NCBI GenBank assembly: GCA_041650915.1
Contig: JBAZKE010000001.1
Span: 251,284 to 315,283, forward strand
Source: Patescibacteria group bacterium
GTDB lineage: Bacteria > Patescibacteriota > Patescibacteriia > UBA10025 > JAHIVO01
Direction of reading: 5' to 3'
Length of the DNA stretch: 64,000 nucleotides
Positions within the stretch are counted from its first letter, which is position 1, and every line of letters starts with the position of its first letter. Positions 38,133 through 46,268 of the stretch are shown here, piece after piece. Position numbers and translations under genes: made by a program. Below the pieces are notes generated by a model. The model did no database searches. It saw nothing but the letters and a program-made list of their open reading frames with translations, and had not been told where the DNA came from.

Positions 38133-38528
38133 ATGTCTGACAATGTTTTAATCGCAACGCTCAAATATATTGCCATAGAGATCCTGTGGGATATTGTGTA
38201 CTTTCCGATCTGGTGGTATTCGAAAGGCCTCGTACGGATCGGGCGGTACTGTCTCGAGAGCGCTGAGTTCCACGTCTCGAGGCGCCTTGCGCTCGGAGTG
38301 TGGCTGAGGAGCATGTTCAAGCCGATGTACGGCGATTATACGAAAGAGGGCAGAATCATCAGCTTTTTCATGCGTGTCGTCGTACTCGTCTGGAAGCTCA
38401 TTGCGACGGTACTGTGGATGTGCGTGCTCGCACTCATCTTTTTTTGCTGGATTTTATTGCCATTCATCATCGTGTACTACATACTGTACCAGGTGTTTGG
38501 TGTGCCTTTTATTCCCTTCAGCAGGTAG
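38133..38528 (+). CDS. small multi-TM membrane protein, unknown function
   Basis: Hydrophobic, W/Y/F-rich (IEILWDIVYFPIWWYSKGL...LIFFCWILLPFIIVYYILYQVF). No family recognised. Confidence 0.4.
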   Translation: MSDNVLIATLKYIAIEILWDIVYFPIWWYSKGLVRIGRYCLESAEFHVSRRLALGVWLRSMFKPMYGDYTKEGRIISFFMRVVVLVWKLIATVLWMCVLALIFFCWILLPFIIVYYILYQVFGVPFIPFSR

Positions 38529-38533
38529 GTTGT

Positions 38534-41299
38534 ATGGAGACAGAAACAGGAAAATCTTTTGTACTGCTCACCTGCCCCTTGTGCGGCGGTACGAGCGTAA
38601 CGAACGAGGGCACGTGCAGCCGCTGCCGGGAGCAGGGTGTTTTTGCGTGGCATGAGGGAGATATCCTGCACTGGAGCAAGAAGATAGATACACTTCACAT
38701 TTTTGAGGAGGAGATTGAACGTGCGGTGAAGGCGCTCGTAAACGGCTTCCTCGTCTTCGTCGGTGTCGTCGGACTCATCGCCCTCTTCATTATGATGATC
38801 CGCACCGCAGGCTGGACTGACCACTTCTGGGAGGTATTCAGGGAACGCAACAGTCTCATGGCGATTTTTTCTATAACGCTCATTGCCGATTTGTACGCGT
38901 ACTACCGGATCCAGCGGGAATCGCTCATGGAGCGTACGGTAAAGGTAAAGCGGTTTGATCCGCTCCTTACGGAGGAGGAGCCGCCCGCGCTTTTTGACCA
39001 GGTCAGCTCGAATCCGGGCAAGGGGATGATCGACGTATCAGTGACCTTCACTGAGGACGCGACGCAGTCTGTTGAACGCGCATGGCAGCTCGCCCAGAAG
39101 TTAAAGCATGCAGAAGCTACGCCGCTCCACAGCTTTGCGACCGTCCTTTCGTACCCGCAGGCGAGGATTATCCTCGCGCGGCTTGGCGTCGATGGAAAGG
39201 CGCTCGTCGAGAAGATATCGCGGAGCCTCTATAAGCTGCCGAAGAAAGACCGCGGAGACACGCGGCTCTCCGGGAGCTTCCGGTCCATGTTGCTGTCCGC
39301 GTACGTCGAGGCGTACGAGGCGCGGCAGGAGAGGGTTGAGGCGCAGCACATGCTCGTCGCCGCGGTAAAGACCGACCCGACGGTGCGCGATATCCTGTAC
39401 GACATGGAGATTGAGCTTGATGAGGTCATCAACGTTGTCGAGTGGATCAATATTCAGCACCGGATCGCGGAACAGCGCCGCCGATGGCGGAGCAAGGCCG
39501 CCTACAAGTCGAAGGGCGTGATGAACAAGTCGATGACCTCCCAGGCAACGCCGCTGCTCGACAGGTTCAGCCATGATTTGACCTCGCTCGCCCGGCAAGG
39601 GGTGCTCGCGCCGTGCATCGGCAGGGACAGCGAGCTCGAACAGACGCTCCGGATCATCGAAGGCGGCAAGAACATCATACTCACCGGCCATCCCGGGGTC
39701 GGCAAGACGAGTGTCGTTGAGGGAATCGCGGCGCTTATGGCATCCGAGGAAGTCCCGGCTGTGATGCAGGATATGAGGTTTGTGAGCCTGTCGGTAGCGT
39801 CGCTCGTCGGTTCCGCGGGGCGCCAGGGCGAGCTCGAGGGAGTGCTGCTCCAGCTGATCAACGAAATCGTCCGGTCAGGTAATATTGTACTCTTCATCGA
39901 CAACATACAGAATATGGTCGGCGTCTCTACGCAGGGCGCAGAGAACCTCGACATTTCGGATATACTTGCAAACGCGCTGTCAAAGCGGCTTTTCTACTGC
40001 ATTGCAACGACGACGCCGCTCGATTTCCGCAGGTATATCGAGCCATCAAGTTCGCTGACTTCGGTTTTCCAGCGGGTCAATGTCAGCGAGCCGGACCGCA
40101 ACGGAACGATCAGAATCCTCGAGGGGAAGGCAAACTCGGTCGAGGCGAAGAACCAGGTATTCTTTTCGTATGATTCCATCGAACGCGCCGTCATCCTGAG
40201 CGAGCGGTACATCCACGAACGCTTCCAGCCGGAGAAGGCGATCTCGATTCTCGACGAGGTCGGCGTTTACGTGCGCCGCAAGAAGGGCGCCAACTCAATC
40301 GTGACCGGAGAGGATGTCGCGGAAATCGTTTCGCATAAGACGAACGTGCCGGTGACAAAAATTACCGAGAAGGAAACAGAGAAGCTGCTTCAGCTCGAGG
40401 AGCGGATCCACCAGCGCATGGTTAACCAGGACGAAGCGGTCAAGGCCGTGTCGACCGCACTCCGGCGTGCGCGTGCGGAGCTGCGCGATATCGGGCGTCC
40501 GATCGTCAACCTGCTTTTCCTCGGGCCGACCGGCGTCGGCAAAACGGAGCTCGCCAAGACCGTCGCTGAGACGTACTTCGGATCGGAGGATACCATGGTC
40601 AGGCTCGATATGTCCGAGTACCAGGAAAAGTCCTCAATCAGCCGCATGATCGGCTCGCCGCAGGGAGTCGGGGGCAGCGGGGAAGGCGGGTACCTCACAG
40701 AGGCGATCCGCACGCAGCCGTTCTCGCTGCTGCTGCTCGATGAAATGGAGAAAGCTCATCCGGATATCCTCAACCTCTTCCTGCAGGTGATGGACGATGG
40801 CCGCCTGACGGATACGCTCGGCCGTACGATTGACTTCACGAACGTGATTTTGATCGCGACGTCGAACGCCGGTACGCCGATTATCCAAAAGCGGATCAGG
40901 GAGAATGTCCCAATCGAAAAAATAAAAGACGAGCTCATCAACGAAGAGCTCAAGCAGTACTACCGTCCCGAGTTCCTCAACCGTTTCGACAACATCGTCG
41001 TGTTCACGCCGCTCTCATTCGAGCATATCCTGAAGATCGTTGATCTTATGCTCGGTAATGTGCGGAAGCGGCTCGCCGTGAAGGGCATCCAGCTCGAGGC
41101 GACGAAGGAAGCGAAAGAAGAGCTCGCACGGGAAGGGTATGACCCGGTGTTTGGCGCACGGCCATTGCGCCGCGCGATCCAGGAGCGGGTTGATAACGCC
41201 CTCGCGAATTACCTGCTGCAGGGCAAGATCGGCAGGCGTGACGTCGCCGTGCTCGAAAAAGGCGGCAATATTTCAGTCCGTTCGGCGCCGCCGATTTAG
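38534..41299 (+). CDS. Clp/Hsp100-family double-AAA+ ATPase (ClpA/ClpC-like, no long M-domain) with an N-terminal C4 zinc ribbon and two TM helices
   Basis: N-terminus CPLCGG...CSRCREQG, then TMs LVNGFLVFVGVVGLIALFIMMI and LMAIFSITLIADLYAYY, then a Clp_N-like repeat region. NBD1 Walker A GHPGVGKTSVVEGIA, NBD2 Walker A LFLGPTGVGKTELAKT, Walker B LLLLDEMEKAHPDILNLFLQVMDDGRLTD. The start is the ATG at 38534; the track start at 38300 is an extension. Confidence 0.85.
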   Translation: METETGKSFVLLTCPLCGGTSVTNEGTCSRCREQGVFAWHEGDILHWSKKIDTLHIFEEEIERAVKALVNGFLVFVGVVGLIALFIMMIRTAGWTDHFWEVFRERNSLMAIFSITLIADLYAYYRIQRESLMERTVKVKRFDPLLTEEEPPALFDQVSSNPGKGMIDVSVTFTEDATQSVERAWQLAQKLKHAEATPLHSFATVLSYPQARIILARLGVDGKALVEKISRSLYKLPKKDRGDTRLSGSFRSMLLSAYVEAYEARQERVEAQHMLVAAVKTDPTVRDILYDMEIELDEVINVVEWINIQHRIAEQRRRWRSKAAYKSKGVMNKSMTSQATPLLDRFSHDLTSLARQGVLAPCIGRDSELEQTLRIIEGGKNIILTGHPGVGKTSVVEGIAALMASEEVPAVMQDMRFVSLSVASLVGSAGRQGELEGVLLQLINEIVRSGNIVLFIDNIQNMVGVSTQGAENLDISDILANALSKRLFYCIATTTPLDFRRYIEPSSSLTSVFQRVNVSEPDRNGTIRILEGKANSVEAKNQVFFSYDSIERAVILSERYIHERFQPEKAISILDEVGVYVRRKKGANSIVTGEDVAEIVSHKTNVPVTKITEKETEKLLQLEERIHQRMVNQDEAVKAVSTALRRARAELRDIGRPIVNLLFLGPTGVGKTELAKTVAETYFGSEDTMVRLDMSEYQEKSSISRMIGSPQGVGGSGEGGYLTEAIRTQPFSLLLLDEMEKAHPDILNLFLQVMDDGRLTDTLGRTIDFTNVILIATSNAGTPIIQKRIRENVPIEKIKDELINEELKQYYRPEFLNRFDNIVVFTPLSFEHILKIVDLMLGNVRKRLAVKGIQLEATKEAKEELAREGYDPVFGARPLRRAIQERVDNALANYLLQGKIGRRDVAVLEKGGNISVRSAPPI

Positions 41300-41353
41300 C
41301 GCACTGCGTAAACAAAACAGCCGAGGGGCACAGCGCACCTGCCGGGTTGTTTG

Positions 41354-41746
41354 CTATGCTCCGGTCGCGGACCGCAGGGTGCCGGTGAGGGTTGAGAGGA
41401 TTGCGAATGCTGCGAGCGCGATTACGGTGCCGAGGGCTGAGTACTTGAGTATCTGTTTTGCTTTGGTCACGCGCTCTTCGTTGCCGGCAGCCGTCATCCA
41501 CATGAAGCCCCCGTAGATGACCATCACCACGCCTGCGAGCCCGAGGAAGCCGAGCAGGATTTGCCCGGCCCGGATCACCATGTGCGGCGGCTCCTGGTCA
41601 GGGAGCTTGGTCGCGTCTTTGATTTTATTTCCCGGATCAAATTCAACGCCGAGCGCCGTTTTTACCCTGCCAATGAGAAGGTATGCGCTAAAAGCAGTTG
41701 AGCCAAGCCAGCCGATTGTTTTCCAGGAAATTTTTTTCATACGCAT
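41354..41746 (-). CDS. TrbC/VirB2-like (conjugative or type IV secretion) pilin-family small membrane protein
   Basis: Signal/TM, then GFLGLAGVVMVIYGGFMWMTAAGNEERVTKAKQIL, which matches the VirB2/TrbC pilin core (hydrophobic helix - YxGfxymtsgGnxEkvxkAKxxi), then a second TM. 130 aa. Confidence 0.55.
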   Translation of the reverse strand: MRMKKISWKTIGWLGSTAFSAYLLIGRVKTALGVEFDPGNKIKDATKLPDQEPPHMVIRAGQILLGFLGLAGVVMVIYGGFMWMTAAGNEERVTKAKQILKYSALGTVIALAAFAILSTLTGTLRSATGA

Positions 41747-41756
41747 ATCCTACGTA

Positions 41757-41787
41757 CAGTATATGAGATGCGAGGCGTTTGTGTCAA
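41757..41787 (-). promoter_or_regulatory. strong sigma70-like promoter for the pilin-like gene (TTGACA - 18 nt - TATACT), ~17 nt from the ATG
   Basis: Minus-strand reading gcTTGACAcaaacgcctcgcatctcaTATACTgtacgtaggatatgcgtATG. Confidence 0.5.
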
Positions 41788-41794
41788 AGCTGGG

Positions 41795-41822
41795 TTTGAC
41801 AGGCATTTTGCACCGTGATACA
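41795..41822 (+). promoter_or_regulatory. divergent sigma70-like promoter (TTGACA - 16 nt - TACAGT) for the small CDS at 41916
   Basis: ggTTGACAggcattttgcaccgtgaTACAGT. The downstream gene has a good SD (aggagtttgtaATG). Confidence 0.45.
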
Positions 41823-41915
41823 GTTGTTGGCCAACTGTTCATTACATTGGAGTACCGTCTGCCCGTAATAGGATTACAAACTACCATCTAATCATTTTTT
41901 GGAAAGGAGTTTGTA

Positions 41916-42098
41916 ATGTCTGACAAGCTGTACAAAATGTACGGAAAGGACAATCCCGACGGCATACGGATCAGCGAGCCGCTTGAAAAGAGCGGATTGC
42001 ATCCGATCCAGTGGCTGATGATTGTCATCATCGCCTGCCTGGCCGTCGCGATCATATTTGGAGCTGTAGATTCAGTGCGTGCCATTCCGTTGCCGTAA
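41916..42098 (+). CDS. 60-aa single-TM protein, unknown function
   Basis: Canonical SD AGGAG 7 nt upstream. One TM (IQWLMIVIIACLAVAIIFGAV). Confidence 0.45.
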   Translation: MSDKLYKMYGKDNPDGIRISEPLEKSGLHPIQWLMIVIIACLAVAIIFGAVDSVRAIPLP

Positions 42099-42206
42099 CG
42101 GTTGGGCATGTTGAACCTATAGAGTAGCTGGCGTTCCGCGTCAAGAACGCCAGCACTTTTTTTATTTGCCGAAAAAGTCCGAAATCGCTATACTTAATTT
42201 CATCAT

Positions 42207-43547
42207 ATGGACCAGAATGACAAAATGGAAAAGATCATATCGCTGTGCAAGAGGCGCGGTTTTATTTTCCAGTCAGGCGAGCAGTACGGCGGGCTCCAGG
42301 GTTTTTGGGATTTCGGCCCGCTCGGGGTTGAGCTGAAGAACAACATCAAAAAAGCCTGGTGGAAGCGGTTTGTGCAGCAGCGCAGGGATGTTGTCGGATT
42401 AGATTCGGCCATTATTACCAATCCTACTGTTTGGGAGAAGAGCGGGCACGTCGGCGGTTTTTCGGATACGTTGGTCGAGTGCAAGCAGTGCCATCATCGT
42501 TTTAAGCTGGATGATTTGGCAGGAAGCCAAGAACAGGAAACCACAAATCAGAAATGCCCGGATTGCGGTGGCCAGCTGACGCAGGAACGGAAGTTCAATA
42601 CGATGTTCAAGACATTTGTCGGGCCGGTTGAGGATTCGTCGGCTGTTGCGTATTTGCGTCCGGAAACAGCACAGAATATATTCGTTGATTTTGATACGAT
42701 CCGCCAGGCAATGCGCCTGAAGCTTCCATTTGGCATCGCACAAATCGGCAAGGCGTTTCGCAATGAAATCACGCCCGGCAATTTCATTTTCCGCTCACGT
42801 GAGTTTGAACAGATGGAGATCGAGTATTTCATTGATCCTAAAGAGGATGCGAAGTATTTCAAAAAATGGGTTGATGCAAGCTTTCAGTGGTTTCTCGATC
42901 TGGGCATGAAAAAGGAGAACCTCCGTTTGTTTGAGCAGCCGAAAGGGGAGTTAGCTCATTATTCAAAAGCAACTACGGACATTGAATACAATTTTCCTTT
43001 TGATAAGGGATTTGCGGAGCTCATGGGCATAGCGAACCGTACGGATTATGATTTAAAAGCACATAGCTTTACGTATACAGATGATGTGGAGAAAAAGGAG
43101 TTTGTTCCGTACGTTATTGAGCCGTCGGCAGGCGTTGACCGCGCGGCACTCGCATTTTTATTGGATGCATACGAAGAAGTGAAGGGCGGACGGACGACCA
43201 CGACGGAAAGCAATAAGGAAGCAGAGGTTGTGTTGCGTTTGCACAAAGACCTTGCGCCGTACAAGGCGGCGGTGCTGCCATTATCCAAGAAAGAACAGCT
43301 TGCGAAACCCGCGCAGGATATTTACCATGACCTGCAAAAACATTTCATGGTGGCGTATGACGATGTCGCGTCCATCGGCCGGCGGTACCGGAGGCAGGAC
43401 GAGATCGGCACGCCATACTGCATTACCGTTGATTTCGACAGCTTGGAAGACAAAAAAGTTACGGTTCGCGATCGCGATACCATGAAACAGGACCGGGTGC
43501 AGATCGGGGAGTTGGTAAATTATTTGAGAGATAAGTTACATTCATAA
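42207..43547 (+). CDS. glyQS: glycyl-tRNA synthetase (alpha2 homodimeric type)
   Basis: N-terminus [39 protein letters not shown] matches GlyRS ([33 protein letters not shown]). 446 aa. Confidence 0.9.
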   Translation: [446 protein letters not shown]

Positions 43548-43559
43548 TTTTTTACACTT

Positions 43560-44528
43560 ATGCGCGAAGGATATCGACCGCAATCGGAGGGGATAGGACA
43601 AACTGAAGAAAAAAAACAGGACAAACACCAAAAAAGCAGAGGCATCATTGACCGCATAAAATATGCCCTGAAAGTCGGGGCGATTGTCGGCGGGACCATG
43701 CTTGGTACTGGTGCCATGCGCGGCGGGGAAGCGGTAGCCGCCCCGGAAAAGGATAAAATTACGGATAAAGAACATAAATGGACCGAAGCTCAGGAAAGGC
43801 TGATCAATCAGATGTGGCATCGAACCAATGAGAAGGTAATGGAGCTGGATTCAATTTATTACCAGAAAAACAAGGATACTCTGCCGACAGACGTAGTTGA
43901 TTTTTTCCAGAAAGAGGGTAGTGATTTTGCCGTGGCTGTTGTCGAGGGCAATGGCACGATGGAGGATTTCGAAAGGGACCTGCAGGCATTGTACGATATA
44001 TTCCGTAAGAACCTGATCGGAGGCGATTCGACCGCAGCCGAAACGGTCCCGCCAACGCCAGCACAAACCCAGGAAGCTGATGCTTCGGCACAACAACAGG
44101 AAAGTGAGTTTGATGCTTTCGTGAATAAGGAGGAAGCTGAATTTGCTCAGAGTACAGAGGAAGCGCAGCAAACAATGGGTGAAACAATAGAAAAATCTGA
44201 AGCTGCTTTTATGGAATTAGAAAATGACCCTGCTTTTGCAGAATCAGATTCAACAGGCGTACTGGCGGAAAAGTACAATTCTACAGAGAATGCGGGACAA
44301 CGGGACACGATGAGGCAAGAAATACTGAAAACGTATTTGGGTTTTGAGATTCAGAAAGGCCATACTTTCAGCGAAGGGAAGTGGTCCGGAACCATTAAAA
44401 GAATTCCTGGTTTCATCATGGAACTTAAATTTACTGTCGATAAAGATGGAAATGTTGAAGGCAGTATTACGGATATGTTTTCTGGCGAAATGTCAGGCTA
44501 TCAAATAAATATATCTGAGTTGAAGTAG
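43560..44528 (+). CDS. acidic secreted hypothetical protein, cargo of the cassette inserted at the glyQS 3' end
   Basis: N-terminal hydrophobic segment (VGAIVGGTMLGTGAM), E/Q/A-rich low-complexity middle. No recognisable domain. Confidence 0.5.
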   Translation: MREGYRPQSEGIGQTEEKKQDKHQKSRGIIDRIKYALKVGAIVGGTMLGTGAMRGGEAVAAPEKDKITDKEHKWTEAQERLINQMWHRTNEKVMELDSIYYQKNKDTLPTDVVDFFQKEGSDFAVAVVEGNGTMEDFERDLQALYDIFRKNLIGGDSTAAETVPPTPAQTQEADASAQQQESEFDAFVNKEEAEFAQSTEEAQQTMGETIEKSEAAFMELENDPAFAESDSTGVLAEKYNSTENAGQRDTMRQEILKTYLGFEIQKGHTFSEGKWSGTIKRIPGFIMELKFTVDKDGNVEGSITDMFSGEMSGYQINISELK

Positions 44529-44567
44529 TTATAGGATGATTTACATGTACCTTTTTTATACATAATT

Positions 44568-44637
44568 GCGATACCGTGAAACAGGACCGGGTGGAGATCG
44601 GGGAGTTGGTAAATTATTTAATGGATAAGTTGAATTA
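44568..44637 (+). pseudogene. relic copy 1 of the glyQS 3' end (last 23 codons, ~88% nt identity, frame and stop preserved)
   Basis: gcgataccGtgaaacaggaccgggtgGagatcggggagttggtaaattatttAaTGgataagttGaAttag versus genuine gcgataccAtgaaacaggaccgggtgCagatcggggagttggtaaattatttGaGAgataagttAcAttcataa. Homology starts abruptly at gcgatacc. Confidence 0.7.
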
Positions 44638-44801
44638 GATTGTTTGTCACCTTTCTTGGCGGCGAGAAAAGCGGCGGAAAAGCATGCCTTGAGCGCAGCC
44701 GAAGGGAACCACCGCGCTGGTTCCGTAATCTTGAAAATTGGGCTCATCGTCCCTGCCGACCCACAACCGCTTCGCTTGAGTGGGATCGGCTTCCTCACTT
44801 C

Positions 44802-44888
44802 GTTCGCGACCGTGACACGATGGAGCAGGAGCGAGTGGCGGTTGACGAGTTAGAAGATCATTTGAAAGAGAAGCTGGGTAATGAGTAA
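44802..44888 (+). pseudogene. relic copy 2 of the glyQS 3' end (last ~28 codons, more diverged, in frame with its own stop)
   Basis: Encodes RDRDTMEQERVAVDELEDHLKEKLGNE* versus genuine [26 protein letters not shown]. Embedded in the otherwise spurious track ORF 44640..44888. Confidence 0.6.
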
Positions 44889-44950
44889 TCAAGCTGAGCA
44901 GTCGTGGCCGCTCGCCTCAACGGCGGGAGATTCTTCGCCTACGGCTCAGA

Positions 44951-46234
44951 ATGACAATAACGTACTATATGTTCAAACAATATAGGCTGAAAAATGACTT
45001 GCGGGTTTTACTCGCACCCCTCAAGGAGACGAAAGCCGTAACCGTGCTCGTCCTCGTCAAGGTCGGCTCGCGGTACGAGCCGAAGCAGATCAACGGCGCC
45101 TCGCACTTCGTGGAGCATCTCATGTTTAAGGGGACCGAGAAGCGCCCGACATCGCTCGACATTACCAAAAAGCTCGACGGCATCGGAGCGTCATACAATG
45201 CGTTTACCTCAAAAGACCACACGGGGTACTACGTTAAGTGCAGCAGGGACAAAATTGAGCTCGCGCTCGACGTGCTGTCCGACATCGTCTTCAACTCAAA
45301 ATTCGATACGGATGAGATTGAGCGGGAGCGCGGCGTCATCGTGGAGGAAATCAACATGTACGAAGATGCGCCCATGATGATGATTGATGACGTTTTTGAA
45401 GGGGCAGTCTTCGGCAGGGTGCCGCTTGGGCGTTCTATCGCGGGGCCTAAGGAGGTTATCAAGCGTATTACGAGAAAGCAGCTCTACGGCTACTACCGCG
45501 AGCACTACCAGCCGCGCAATATGCTCATTGCTGTCGCGGGCAACTATGACTATTCTGTCCGGCGGCTGATACGCGCCTATTTCGGCGGATCGCGTGTGCG
45601 CCAGCGGAAAGCGTCGTTTCGCAAGGTGGCGATTACCCAGCGGCAGCCGCGGGTTTCACTCAAGCGCAAGGAGACGGAGCAAGCCCACCTCGCCCTCGGT
45701 TTTCCCGCGTATTCGTACACGCAGCGGCAGCTCTATGCGCTCTACGCCCTCGCTGTCGTGCTCGGCGGTAACATGAGCTCGCGGCTCTTCATGTCGATCC
45801 GCGAACGGAAAGGCCTGTGTTATTATATCCGGACAGACGTCGGCATCTACGAGGATACGGGTACGTTCGCAGTATTCGCTGGGTTGGATAAGAGCCGCAT
45901 CAGGGAGGCTATCAGGGAGATTGTCAAAGAGCTCAAGAATATCCGGGATGGCGGAATCACGGCACAGGAGCTCAAGAAGGCGAAAGACTTCCTCAGAGGC
46001 AAGCTCATACTGGATCTCGAAGCGTCAGACAGCGTCGCATCGTGGCTCGGAAAGCAGGCGCTGCTCAAGGGAACGGTGCTGACTGCCGCCGAACAGCTTC
46101 GGCGGGTACGCGCCGTGACGATGGCCGACGTCCGGCGTGCTGCCCGGGAGGTCATCCAGGAGCGTAGGTGCAGCCTATCCCTCATCGGCCCGTTCAAGAA
46201 CGAACGTACGTTCCGCCCACTTTTAAAGATGTAG
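44951..46234 (+). CDS. M16-family zinc metallopeptidase (insulinase/pitrilysin-like)
   Basis: HFVEHLMFKGT inverted zincin HxxEH motif and the downstream E (...YNAFTSKDHTGYY). ~427 aa, typical M16B. Confidence 0.85.
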   Translation: MTITYYMFKQYRLKNDLRVLLAPLKETKAVTVLVLVKVGSRYEPKQINGASHFVEHLMFKGTEKRPTSLDITKKLDGIGASYNAFTSKDHTGYYVKCSRDKIELALDVLSDIVFNSKFDTDEIERERGVIVEEINMYEDAPMMMIDDVFEGAVFGRVPLGRSIAGPKEVIKRITRKQLYGYYREHYQPRNMLIAVAGNYDYSVRRLIRAYFGGSRVRQRKASFRKVAITQRQPRVSLKRKETEQAHLALGFPAYSYTQRQLYALYALAVVLGGNMSSRLFMSIRERKGLCYYIRTDVGIYEDTGTFAVFAGLDKSRIREAIREIVKELKNIRDGGITAQELKKAKDFLRGKLILDLEASDSVASWLGKQALLKGTVLTAAEQLRRVRAVTMADVRRAAREVIQERRCSLSLIGPFKNERTFRPLLKM

Positions 46235-46268
46235 GTACTATTGTATACTGGGAGCAGGAATTAACGCT

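Noticed and set aside
44640-44888. 82-aa ORF called in the six-frame track
   Set aside because: Only its last ~28 codons have meaning (glyQS 3' relic). The upstream part has no start context and is read-through of cassette junction sequence, so it is treated as a pseudogene fragment, not a gene.
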